DNA of 35,454 nt, from contig NC_068986.1 in NCBI RefSeq assembly GCF_001194135.2, positions 99,932,306-99,967,759 on the forward strand, written 5' to 3'. The translations under genes and the position numbers were made by a program. The DNA is from Octopus bimaculoides. Lineage: Eukaryota. The notes beneath the pieces are model-generated. The model did no database searches. It saw nothing but the letters and a program-made list of their open reading frames with translations, and had not been told where the DNA came from. Positions within the stretch are counted from its first letter, which is position 1; the number at the start of each line of letters is the position of its first letter. This document shows positions 12,699-24,335 of this stretch, piece by piece.

Positions 12699-13556
12699 AT
12701 GCTATTTCAACAGGTCAAATTAAAACCTAGAGATTCATTTGTTGGTTCCTATGGACATATTTCATTGATAGACAAATATTCTAAATAAAAATTAAGAAAC
12801 CTACAAGGATATAAATTCTCCAATTAGTTCTTTGACCGCTGGAACTTATGTCAAAATTGTGAAACGGGAATGAAGATGGGTCAAAGTCCCGGTGGAGTAG
12901 ACTTGTGGTTAACACCTTGTAAGTTGAATAGGTTTTATTGATTCGGTTTCCTGTTGAGCGATTCCATTTTCTTAATGAGAGATATTTCTGGTTAGTGTCC
13001 AATGCAGAAAAGAGGACGGCTCCATCCCACAGTCTCGCTATTTAAAAACTCTACAGGAATTTAAATCCTAGTCATATTTTTGATATCATACATTTTTGTG
13101 AACTGTAAGTTCGCTTCTTAAAGAAGATTTACACAGGGCTAATCATTGATTACCTGTTTCCCCGAAGTTCATCTCAACTGGAGTAAAGTTATATCACGAA
13201 GAAAGTTTATCGAGGCATGATTTAATGCGGCAAAGAAAACGTATATATACACAAGCACGCACACACAAACGCACACAAACGTCATATGACTCATGAGTGC
13301 TACTGGTAAAATGTCACTCAGTGCAACTGGTTGCATAGTCATGTCGGCAGCAGTTAAGCTGTCGACTTCCAGCATCCTCTGCTGTCTGATCAAAAATTTA
13401 ATTCAAGAAAACTTGTACGATAAAAATAAGTCCTGGTAACTGCGTGAAAATATGCTTCTTTCTTATCCCTGTTGACATGAAATAATCCATAGATGGGAGA
13501 AGACTAAGCTTAGGTAACTTCAGATGGAAACTCATGTAGCTATCAATCTTACTTAC

Positions 13557-13745
13557 TGATATTTAGAGGATGAGATACGCGCTGTAGAATCGTATGCCAT
13601 GTAAATCTAATGACGTACACATACCCCATTCTGTCCAGATAATTCCGTATCTCTACTAAACTCCTGTGGTTATAGAGGTGTAGTGCATCAAAGAGCACAC
13701 TGACTAAATATTGAGTTGAATTAGATAAATTGAGACGGGTACAAC
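13557..13745 (-). CDS. Internal exon (189 nt, phase 1-1), ANF-receptor/receptor guanylyl cyclase-like extracellular domain
   Basis: Acceptor ttcatcttgacag, donor gtaagt, and only one open frame: xCTRLNLSNSTQYLVSVLFDALHLYNHRSLVEIRNYLDRMGYVYVIRFTWHTILQRVSHPLNI. DALHLY..W..LQRVS..LNI has the same spacing as the DGLLLY..WNRSFQGVTGYLKI motif of natriuretic peptide receptors (recalled, not searched). Confidence 0.55.
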
Positions 13746-13959
13746 CTGTCAAGATGAAGCAATCATCATCATTATCGTATGGAATATATATATATATATA
13801 TATATANNNNNNNNNNNNNNNNNNNNNNNNNNNNNNNNNNNNNNNNNNNNNNNNNNNNNNNNNNNNNNNNNNNNNNNNNNNNNNNNNNNNNNNNNNNNNN
13901 NNNNNNNNNNNNNNNNNNNNNNNNNATATATACATATATATACATGCACTTGAGTCCAA

Positions 13960-14650
13960 ATACTTGAAGAGACGGGAGACAGGAGACGGGCAAGGGATTG
14001 GCGGGTGCGGGGAGAGAGAGCAGAGACACGGTCCACGGTCCACGAAGCTCAGGTAAGGGCTGCGTGGATAGTGGTGAGGGGATATCCATGAAGAATGAAG
14101 TGGTGAGCCATTGGAGGTGAGTCTCAAAGTTATGGTTGTCAGACGGAGGAATTGGGAGTAGGTGATAGAGAGCTTGGTGTGATGAGGGTGGAAGCAGGAG
14201 AAGTTAAGGTAGGAGTGTGAGTCGGTATGTTTATAGTGGATGGAGGTACAGAGAACAGAGTTGTATATGTTGACAGAAATTGCAAGAATTGAGACATTTG
14301 GAAGTGTTGGAAATAGTGCAGGACAATTCGAGGGCAGGATGGAAGGCTTGGACAGTAGAGGGGAAGGAGTCTAGTTGTTCGCGGGGGAGTGAGATCGTAC
14401 CGATACGGTCATCAGTATAATGACCGTATAGTTCGGGAGAGGGACCAGTGAATCGTGAGAACATTTGGGCCCCAATGTAGCCAACGAACTGTTTCGCATA
14501 TTTATCTTTCCTGTGACCACTCTCGAGGTTTGTTGGTAAAAATCCCCCGCGGACTAGAAGCAATTGAGGGAGAGAACAAGTTCGGCCAGACGAACACGTG
14601 TGGATGTGTCCGGGCTGGGCGTTGGGTTGAAGGTCTATTTGAAGTGTTTG
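13960..14650 (-). pseudogene. Penelope-like element reverse transcriptase fragment
   Basis: Minus translation: EGLLALKHF..RLAELVLSLNCF..FYQQ / YAKQFVGY..PELYGHYTDDRIG (RYIDD) ..FHPALELSCTISNTS / ISVNI..TSIHYKHTDSHSYLNF..HP..SITYSQFLRL / HGYP..DRVSAL. These are PLE RT and thumb motifs in order, with frameshifts. Confidence 0.85.
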
Positions 14651-14830
14651 AGTGCAAGAAGTCCTTCATTGGTGTGTTTACGTCCCCGTAACTTAGCGGT
14701 TCGTAATAAGAGACCGATAGAATAATTACTAGGCTTACAAAAAATAAGTCCTGGGGTCGATTTGCTAGACTCATTGCGGTGTTCCAGCATGGCCGCAGTC
14801 AAATGACTGAAACAAGTAAAAAAGTAAAAG
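14651..14830 (+). mobile_element. SINE family A, 3' half
   Basis: Reverse complement of 8851-9020 (GGTGTGTTTACGTCCCCGTAACTTAGCGGTTCG..CAGCATGGCCGCAGTCAAATGACTGAAACAAGTAAAA). Confidence 0.85.
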
Positions 14831-15198
14831 CGTAAGAGTACTTAGACATTCACAAGCATGCGTGCGCACGGGTTGTCACTCACAATTTTATAGAATACAC
14901 GCTAAGCCACAGAGATGTGCATGCGCACTCACACACATACAAACGTAAATACACGCTTACGCGTGCGAGCATTCACACACACAGACAAACACGTACACAC
15001 ACTCTCTTCATCTTACAGCCTCATTATCATCCCCATAATCTTGAAACTAGGAGGCAGACAGACTGGGAGAAGCGAGCGTATATCACTGATGAGGCAGAGA
15101 AGGGTGACTGATGAATCTAGCTGATTGGCTAATTGACCGACCGATTTATCAAATAATCGATTTGCTAATTGGTTGAATTCACTTGAACAAAACTGTCC

Positions 15199-15321
15199 AA
15201 ATCCAAATATATGGTACCCTAGGCATAACACCTACATGAACTTCTAACTTGTTGTCTCTTGAGGTCTGTGGGTGAGACTTGGATCCAACTTGTACAAATC
15301 CAAAACAAAAGTCAAACATAA

Positions 15322-15380
<59 letters not shown>

Positions 15381-15729
15381 NNNNNNNNNNNNNNNNNNNN
15401 NNNNNNNNNNNNNNNNNNNNNNNNNNNNNNNNNNNNNNNNNNNNNNNNNNNNNNNNNNNNNNNNNNNNNNNNNNNNNNNNNNNNNNNNNNNNNNNNNNNN
15501 NNNNNNNNNNNNNNNNNNNNNNNNNNNNNNNNNNNNNNNNNNNNNNNNNNNNNNNNNNNNNNNNAAATTCAAATATATGGTACCCTTGGCATAACACCTA
15601 CATGAACTTCTAACTTGTTGTCTCTTGAGGTCTCTGGGTGAGACTAGGATCAAACTTGTACAAATGCAAAGCAAAAGTCAAACATAAAATAATAATAATA
15701 ATAAAAACAACAACAACAACAACAACAAC

Positions 15730-15792
<63 letters not shown>
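15199..15792. repeat. Direct duplication of a ~125-bp unit, each copy followed by (AAT)n, separated by a gap
   Basis: 15199-15324 versus 15565-15690, with 7 substitutions by manual alignment. Confidence 0.85.
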
Positions 15793-15990
15793 TTCTACTG
15801 GAGGCATAAAGCCCCAAGTTTGTTGGGAGAGGCCAAGTCGATTACATCGACCCCATTGTTTCACTGGTACTTAATTTATCGACGACTCTGAAAGGATGAA
15901 AAGCAAAGTCGAACATGGTAGTATTTGAACTCAACGTAAAGACGGACGAAATATCACTAATCATTATGCCCGGTGTGCCGACACTCCTAA
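15793..15990 (-). mobile_element. SINE family B with (ATT)n tail
   Basis: GTCGATTACATCGACCCC..GGTACTTAATTTATCGAC..GAAAGGATGAAAAGCAAAGTCG. The tail is the adjacent (AAT)n run. Confidence 0.8.
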
Positions 15991-16139
15991 CATGAAACGA
16001 AATGTGTTTCAGCACACGATTTCACAGGAAGAAGTTTACAAACCAAATACGAACATAACAAAAAATTAAAACTGTGTATTTCTTTGTATTGCAATTTATC
16101 TAAATGATAATTCATATCAGATAAGAATTTAACAATTTC

Positions 16140-16400
16140 TTAAAAGGTTTTCTTCAAGTAGAATCATTCTTTGTTCTTCAATATTGTCGCGGGCTTCAAA
16201 TTATATAAAATATTATTTACGTAAAATATATGATTACAAAATGTAAAAACGTTGTTTTCGAGTGTATCCCTTCATTCCATCTCATTATAGTCGTTTACTG
16301 AAAATTATATAAATTATAATTTACGTAAAATAGAAAATTTACTGATTTTAAAAGGTTATTCTCGAGTACATTGCTTTCTTTGTCTCTCAATATCGTCTTG
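16140..16400. repeat. Degenerate 104-bp tandem repeat, about 2.5 copies
   Basis: AAAAGG/AAAACG/AAAAGG at 16142, 16246 and 16350; TTACGTAAAAT at 16217 and 16321. Confidence 0.6.
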
Positions 16401-17399
16401 TGTTGCGTCTTTTGTCACACATAATTTACTTCTTGATTTCCAAAGATGTTTACCTCTACGTCATACATTGTCTCTCCTTCGTCTAGACCAAGCAATGTAA
16501 ACACATCTTACGCCTCTATGTCGCTCGATAAAGCAAAATTTTAAGTGCTTAGCATAATCATAGTTAACTATGAAATCACGCAAAATCATGATAGAAGATA
16601 TTTATCGAGCATTTTAGCACAAAATATCAAATGTACGACATGTACACATATATAAACATATACACTTACACACATAAACATTAATATACTCTCGCTTCCA
16701 TTATAACTTACAATGTATCAAAGACTCGGACATAGCACACATGCACACTTATATACATATATTAACATATACATAAATATGTATATACACTCACAAATTG
16801 GTGTATATATATGTACGTATACTTATATATACAAGCTGTGTATATGTATATATATATGTTAATGTCTGTGTATGCGTATGTCTATATGTGCTTGTCTGTA
16901 TGCATGCATATGTGTTTCCTCTCTTCGAAATCACCTTATCATTCGTTAATATTTATATGTTTAAGATTTATGGAAAACACTACAGGACTTAATTTAATTT
17001 TTTCTCCATATTCGTCTGTTTTAATGAAATATATGAATTTTGTGTTATTTATTTAGTGAGAGACAATATAATATCGATCACTCCCACTTATTGCACAATA
17101 AACATATATTGCTCAATAATGATAACATTGATGAGAGCCATTAATAACAATTAAATACCATCGTACAGTTAATAATTTCCAGAGAGAAAATATATCAAAT
17201 GGAAAAATCATAAAACTGACATATTCCCCACCAGACAGATGATATTAGCGGCCCAGATTCATCTAGTAAGTTTTAAGAATAATTATGTTTACATTACTGA
17301 TTCCTGTATCTGAAATTATTCTCTGTCTGCAAAGTACGCGCATAAAATAAAGATATGTTTCGAAGCATGATAAACACTCTCTAGATGATTGAAAGCAGC

Positions 17400-18075
17400 C
17401 ATCTACGCGTCAATAATGCAATAAGAATTTGGTTAACATATTTACGTTGGGGAACAAGAAGGGGCATCGCAGGAAAGGCATAGCACTTAAAGCTGTAACC
17501 AATACAACTTCCGTAGCTGTCACGGTTAGCCGAATTGTAAACAGCTACCCGCGGTAAAATATACATGTATGTATACACGTTTGCCGTGTTGGGGTTCGGC
17601 GTGTTTAAAGATCACTGGGAATGATACAACTTTTAGGTTTTGTTAAAGTATGTCATGTGAAGAAGGTATATATGATATAAAACCAGCTATGCAGGGAATA
17701 GCATTGAACATTTTTGGGATCTTTTGTTTGAGCCTGAAATCATGGGCCTTCTATATATCTGAGCCTGTGATTCATATCGGCACTGGATATCTTGCCCTGA
17801 TTTGTGTCTGGACTGTGTCAGTAGAGTGGAGACGGCCTGTGAGGTGCTGTGCAAGACTTTTTGCAGATAATTATGCAATCACCTGTGTGCGACACTCCGA
17901 ATGTACAGTCGGGTAGGAGGTCACTGCATGAGCATGGAAGCCACGGACAGGAACCCGGATGAAGCCGACTGCTGGTGCAATACTCTCATGTACGGACATC
18001 ACTTGCATCTTGCAGTGGCAACAATGGTCTTAGCGATGGACGTTCTCGGTCACGAATGAACATCATCATCATCAT
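17400..18075 (+). mobile_element. Strongly decayed 3' end of an RTE-like LINE with a (CAT)n tail
   Basis: Patchy resemblance in order: RRGI, KAV..TT, HV....NQL..E, EWRRPVRCCARLFADN (WRxAVRxGAxLFEEN-like), TC..SRVG..H (C-terminal Cys/His motif), then CATCATCATCAT. Confidence 0.4.
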
Positions 18076-18194
18076 GTATATATATATCATTATTCAGTTT
18101 CATTTCAAGATTTCTTGCCAATAGAGAAAGAGGTGGGTTTCTAACCTGGATCCAAGGCTACTTCATTGGAATGTCAACGTCAACAACAGGGTAC

Positions 18195-18590
18195 TTATAT
18201 ATGTGTGAATATATGTATATATGCATGCATGCATGCATGTATGTATGTATGCATGTATGTATGTGTGTATGTATGTATATATGTATGTATGTATGTGTGT
18301 ATGTATATATGTATTTATGCATGCATGTATGTATGTATCTGTGCAGATTTGTATGCTTTGGTTTATGTATGTATTCTCATGTATATAGCTGCATGTCTAG
18401 ACATGTTCATATATAGTTAAATGCTAAACTTCTGGAAAATTTCATATTTGTGTATATGTATGTATGCATGTATGTTTGTGGGTATGCATGTATGTATATA
18501 TGTATGTGTGTGTGTATGTATGTATGTATGTATGTATGTATGCATGTATGTATGTATGCATGCATGTATATATGTATGTATCTATATATG
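18195..18590. repeat. Degenerate (TATG)n tracts
   Basis: Directly visible. Confidence 0.9.
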
Positions 18591-18960
18591 TAGGAACTCG
18601 TCTACAACACAAGTTGTAGACGAGTTAATCACAATCATCCAATGGCTTACAGATGTTTCTTTATGGTGCACTTATTTGTCAATCGATCTGTTGAATGTTG
18701 TATGATATTTGAAGAGTGACAATGTGTGAAGACCTAACCAGTTGGAAGCACATAGTTACAACTTTCCTTTGTCACCAATGATTCAAACAATACAGATCTG
18801 CGACGGGGTTGACTAGTCGTGTGAGGGGACGAAATTATCAATGCCATTGACAACGAGGAGGCTTGAGGAGATTGCAAACATCTGTGAAGCTGGGTCATTC
18901 GCCGCCTACGTTTATATTAATGTTTGCATTTATAGATATAGTCATACACACACACATACT

Positions 18961-19426
18961 TGCGGCTGTGTGGTAAGAAGCCTTTTTCACTACCACATGG
19001 TACTGGGTTCAGTCTCAATGCATGATACATTGGGCAAGCGTCTTCTACTATAGCTCCGGGCCAACGAAAGCGTTGTGAGTGGATTTGGTAACAGAAAGTA
19101 AATGAAGCCCGTCATATATACATATATATATGCATATATATATATATNNNNNNNNNNNNNNNNNNNNNNNNNNNNNNNNNNNNNNNNNNNNNNNNNNNNN
19201 NNNNNNNNNNNNNNNNNNNNNNNNNNNNNNNNNNNNNNNNNNNNNNNNNNNNNNNNNNNNNNNNNNNNNNNNNNNNNNNNNNNNNNNNNNNNNNNNNNNN
19301 NNNNNNNNNNNNNNNNNNNNNNNNNNNNNNNNNNNNNNNNNNNNNNNNNNNNNNNNNNNNNNNNNNNNNNNNNNNNNNNNNNNNNNNNNNNNNNNNNNNN
19401 NNNNNNNNNNNNNNNNNNNNNNNNNN

Positions 19427-19461
<35 letters not shown>

Positions 19462-19677
19462 GGGAAATATATATACGTGTGTGTGTCGTTGTATGTGTCT
19501 CTGTGTTTGTCCACACCACCATCGCTTGACTACTGATGTTGGTGTATTTACGTGCTTGCAAATTTGCGGTTCGGCAAAAATGACCAATGAAATAAGTATA
19601 AGGCTTTAAAAAGTAAGCACTCTGGTTGATACATAGGACTAAAATTTCAAGACTGAAACAAGTAAAAAATAAAGATA
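18961..19677 (+). mobile_element. SINE family A, full length, internal (TA)n expanded into an assembly gap
   Basis: Head GGCTGTGTGGTAAG..GGGTTCAGTC..TTGGGCAAGCGTCTT before the gap; 3' half and tail GACTGAAACAAGTAAAAAATAAAGA after it. Confidence 0.8.
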
Positions 19678-19759
19678 TACTGATAGTCACTGACACACGC
19701 ATGTATACGAACTTCAAACACTCAAATATCTTGTATAAAACCATAATGATCTATGATAA

Positions 19760-19935
19760 AACAGTGTGGTTGCTGTTTAATATTTTACGGGTTGACATAA
19801 GTAGATGTCTGTGATCAATTCGTCGTTGGTTGTACATAATCTCAAGTAGGCTACATCTAAATGCCTGAATTCCAACGCTTATATTTGTATGTTTCCATAT
19901 ATTTTATCAGCAGGAATATTTGAATTTAAATATGT
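19760..19935 (-). mobile_element. Short, decayed Penelope-like RT remnant
   Basis: LNSNIP..HLDVAYLRLCTTNDELITDIYLCQP resembles LNSxHPxIKF..FLDV..LxTDxYxKP. Confidence 0.3.
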
Positions 19936-20928
19936 GCTACAATTATCTGAATAAAGCAGTATATGTGATATAGTAAATTGATAAGTAAAAGTTATCGCAT
20001 AAAATACTTTAGTACAATATATGACAACTTATAGTAAATAAGACATGCTAAATAGAAAAATTGAGAAGACTTAATCACAAAACTGACCGACAAAATCATG
20101 TATTGTGCCTGAGGTAGTTCTGTTTAGAAGATCGATATATCAACTTTTTATAACATTCAGTCATGTTTCTAGAAACTTCAGGAGAACTAAAAGTTAAAAA
20201 AAATTCACAAGAGTCACTTTAACGACTATCACACATTTAATTAGACGCTGGCCGATGTTATTGTTCAAATAACGTTCACGTAAGTGTTAATGCGTTTTAT
20301 GGTGATACGGTCAAATTTCCGTGGCTGACCGTTGCCTTCTAATGCAGTGTAGTTGGGCCGGGATTCTTCATTTGGAAGCTGCATATTACCAAATGGTTTT
20401 GCATTTATTTGCACTTGTCTTTCCCAACCTCGTCCTCATTGCCGTTACTATCTTCATCATCAGCATTTGACAGGTGGATGTTAGCTATACAAATGATCAG
20501 TTACGTGTAGCACCAAAACAAGGTAGTTGCCAATGAAACAGCGGGCGACGTTTATGTATGTATGTATGTATGTATGCATGTATGTATGTATGTATGTATG
20601 CATGTATGTATGTATGAATGTGTGTATGTATGTATGTATGTATGTATCTATCTATATCTGTACACACACACACACACACATATATATATCATAAATATAA
20701 TGCGGAGAATGGAAGAGGAGGGTGTATAAAAATGTACACAAACACATATGTGCAAATTTACCCATACTTTTACATATTTATTTACACTCATATATATTAT
20801 ATATATTATATCATACGTATATATATATATATATATATATNNNNNNNNNNNNNNNNNNNNNNNNNNNNNNNNNNNNNNNNNNNNNNNNNNNNNNNNNNNN
20901 NNNNNNNNNNNNNNNNNNNNNNNNNTAT

Positions 20929-20965
<37 letters not shown>

Positions 20966-21813
20966 GAGAGGAGAGTGGGAGAGAGAGAGAGATAAGAGAA
21001 AGAGGGAAGCAACTAAGCGTGTAAAAATTCTATATGGAGCAAGCTAAAACATTGCCGCGAATTTTAGCTTTTTTCTACTTATGGCATATTTCCAAACACG
21101 TTGAAGCCAAACTCTCTGATATCTTTATGCATGACGTAGAATCTAGAGCTGATCCATCTATCTATTGACTTATAGCTTTACTCAATGTATAAATCAACCA
21201 GAAGTCCCTAAACACATGCAATGCAATTCTGTTCGTTGAAAAACTGACTTATTTCTAGAACATAATTCATCTTCCCAAGAAACTTCACTCATCAATAATT
21301 AAATTTTTGATCCGTGTATTGTATCCAGTTGTTTAGTCAACTACCGCTACTGTGTTAGAGATCTATCCAATGAAAGCTCATCTCAAGTCACATGTGAACA
21401 AAGTAAGTAAACAAACAGCTTGTCTTTGAAAAGTTTACCATTGGTAATGATGTTTTTCAACTAAACCTTTTCACCCAAGCACTATTAAATGATGTTGAGA
21501 TGTTGTGGCCATTGTCCCACCTGATCAATCTAAATCATTATGCGAGAAAGAAACCAACCAAACGGAAAGAAAACTTAAATATTTCTAAGATATAGTAAGT
21601 CGTTGCAGTTTCGAGTGTGTAGTGATCATCGGACGAATTTCTTGCCATATTTTTTCGCCACCGAGATTTGTATCAAACTTTTCAACCGCACTTTATAAAA
21701 ATGCAGCAAACCAGTGACTGGGGTGATGGAAATATCTAAGCAGAGACGACAAAGACATAATGTAAGGCGTTAAATAAATAGTAGATGTCTATCCACAAAA
21801 TCTCACGTTTCCA

Positions 21814-21814
<1 letters not shown>

Positions 21815-21863
<49 letters not shown>

Positions 21864-21864
21864 A

Positions 21865-21927
<63 letters not shown>

Positions 21928-22011
21928 GTACGTACGTACGTAACTATCTATCTATCTATCTATCTATGTACGTACGTAACTATCTATCTATCTATCTATG
22001 TACGTACGTAG

Positions 22012-22061
<50 letters not shown>

Positions 22062-22105
22062 GTCTGTCTGCCTGTCTGTCTGTCTGTCTATTTATCTATC
22101 TATAT
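21815..22105. repeat. Compound tetranucleotide microsatellite (TATC)n/(TACG)n/(TGTC)n
   Basis: Directly visible. Confidence 0.95.
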
Positions 22106-22840
22106 ATGTTATACCCTGAGCAGTGTGAAAGCAATTGTGATTAACTCTGTTGACTCTGTTATGAAATTACGAGACTGTTGTTAAATACTTACTTTAGTGG
22201 AGGTTCTTTTTTATATGTATTTAAAGAAAAACCACCAGACACCAGCGCCATGCTAACGCTTTGCTTTCCCAAAGCGTTTTTATAAGTTTTTTTTCTAAAC
22301 GTTCATTCCTGATATTAGTCGTTCAATTAGGCCTTGTTCCAATTGCTGTAAGTAATATAAATCTCCCGCTCAATAAGTCCCAAGTTACTCCTGTGCCTGG
22401 CGAATATTGGAAATGTGTATTAGATACGGTGCATCAACCGCAGGGGAATACGGGATACATACGACAGGTAAACTGATGATATAAAATAGGGGAGAGAAAA
22501 TTCGATGCCTGTGGTGCATTCGATTTCCGAAGGAACTAGTTTCCTTATAAATTAGTACCACAAAGTACATGCGGTGAATTCGAACTGGAAATGTACGAAT
22601 TGGTTGTGTAATTCCATTTTAACTTTGCTATATAGTTTCCGACATTTTATTAGCAAGACAGCAGTGTAATCAATAGAAACAGCAAACTAATCATGGATTT
22701 GTTTGCATTACATGCAACTATGCGTTTTTGGCTTTTGTTCATATTTATTATATCTATATATTATCTTTTTCTGTTTGTTTGCTTGTTTCAACGTACTGCC
22801 GAGAAATAACAACTACTACCACAATAATACATACACGTAC

Positions 22841-22986
22841 TCTCACGTTGTTGATTGTCAGTTTGGATATTAAATAGGAGCTGCGCAGCAAGCCCACAAT
22901 TTGTTTGAATTTTGTTTTCATCATGCTATAAGTAGTAACAATAGACGTTGATGGGAAATGCTTTGTAACAGTGAAGTGAATGATGT
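22841..22986 (-). CDS. Internal exon (146 nt, phase 1-0) of the putative minus-strand receptor gene
   Basis: Strong acceptor aattttctactgtctttcag, donor gtacgt, single open frame (D)IIHFTVTKHFPSTSIVTTYSMMKTKFKQIVGLLRSSYLISKLTINNVR. Phase-compatible with 30727-30766. An alternative donor (gtgaga) lies 6 nt earlier. Confidence 0.45.
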
Positions 22987-23241
22987 CTGAAAGACAGTAG
23001 AAAATTAAATTCGTTGACATATATGTCTTCCTTTATCTAATCTCTTGTTTGTATCTATAATATTTTATTTATTGCTTTGACTAAGAGTTTATTTGTTTTT
23101 ACAGCTTTTCATGTAAGCAAAGGTAACATTACATCTTGGTAAAATGAAGTCTTTCTATGTTTTCTGGGTTTTTTTCTTTTCATAAAAGCAAAACAAAATA
23201 ACTCGAATTGACATTTTCGGGAAATCTTAATGTTTCTGTTA

Positions 23242-23242
<1 letters not shown>

Positions 23243-23322
<80 letters not shown>

Positions 23323-23460
23323 AACTATGCTGTTGCTGCAGCTACTTCTGCTGCTTCTGCTGCCACTACTGCTGCTACAAGCCTCATCTTCCTCCTCCTC
23401 GTCGACGTCGTCGTACTCTTCATCATCATCAACAACATCAATATCATCATCATCGTCAGA
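23243..23460. repeat. Compound trinucleotide microsatellite
   Basis: (CTA)n followed by degenerate TGC, CCT, CGT and CAT/CAA blocks. Confidence 0.95.
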
Positions 23461-23465
23461 ATTAG

Positions 23466-23790
23466 GCAGAGAGGAAGCTGTCTCTGAAAGGTCAGTCGGA
23501 GGTGGCGAATGCGTACATCGCTTCTGTCATCATCCCTGCATCAAGTCTTATCAAGATGGAGTGCCTGCCCTTCCGCATTCTGTTGAAGGGACGTGTCCCA
23601 CTCATCAGGCGGTTCAACTGCAGTCAACAGCCGCTGAGTGGAAGGTTGGGCATGTTGTGACTACTGATGCGCAGAGACGCTCTCAGGCTGCCGCATGTTT
23701 GGCACTTTCTTAACGCTGATCAGGTGTGGTAACCGATTGTCACACAGGATTTTCTGCAGCTCGTCTCATTGACGGAGCTAGTCCTGGATC
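23466..23790 (+). pseudogene. L1/Tx1-like LINE ORF2 fragment (post-RT region)
   Basis: Frame absent from the ORF track: ERKLSLKGQSEVANAYIASVI..LIKMECLPFRILLKGRVPLIRRFNCSQQPLSGRLGML*LLMRRDALRLPHVW..QVW*. Matches the LSxxGR..FLW..CxP..GGLG pattern of L1/Tx1 ORF2, with two in-frame stops. Confidence 0.7.
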
Positions 23791-23793
23791 AAG

Positions 23794-23843
<50 letters not shown>

Positions 23844-24285
23844 NNNNNNNNNNNNNNNNNNNNNNNNNNNNNNNNNNNNNNNNNNNNNNNNNNNNNNNNN
23901 NNNNNNNNNNNNNNNNNNNNNNNNNNNNNNNNNNNNNNNNNNNNNNNNNNNNNNNNNNNNNNNNNNNNNNNNNNNNNNNNNNNNNNNNNNNNNNNNNNNN
24001 NNNNNNNNNNNNNNNNNNNNNNNNNNNNNNNNNNNNNNNNNNNNNNNNNNNNNNNNNNNNNNNNNNNNNNNNNNNNNNNNNNNNNNNNNNNNNNNNNNNN
24101 NNNNNNNNNNNNNNNNNNNNNNNNNNNNNNNNNNNNNNNNNNNNNNNNNNNNNNNNNNNNNNNNNNNNNNNNNNNNNNNNNNNNNNNNNNNNNNNNNNNN
24201 NNNNNNNNNNNNNNNNNNNNNNNNNNNNNNNNNNNNNNNNNNNNNNNNNNNNNNNNNNNNNNNNNNNNNNNNNNNNNNNNNNNNN

Positions 24286-24335
<50 letters not shown>

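Noticed and set aside
12800-13100. Weak PLE RT-like words (GMKMG, HPT) on the plus strand
   Set aside because: Similarity is within chance level.
13557-13745. CUB-domain reading of this exon
   Set aside because: Lacks the CUB YP..C.W pattern; the ANF-receptor spacing fits better.
16390-16580. LGLDEGE..VNIFG as the missing receptor exon
   Set aside because: Two in-frame stops upstream and no acceptor giving the required phase.
17855-17870. LFADN as a reverse-transcriptase YxDD motif
   Set aside because: Context fits the LINE C-terminal region, and no upstream RT motifs are present.
21925-22015. CRISPR-like repeat-spacer pattern
   Set aside because: The spacers are simple repeats in a eukaryotic context with no cas genes.
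22190-22472. Minus-strand exon with strong acceptor and donor (LPVV..FPIFAR..NW words)
   Set aside because: All three frames are closed, and the motif order conflicts with the gene model.
23327-23713. Secreted protein with signal peptide (128-aa ORF)
   Set aside because: The N-terminus is a triplet microsatellite and the rest is an off-frame reading of the L1/Tx1 fragment.
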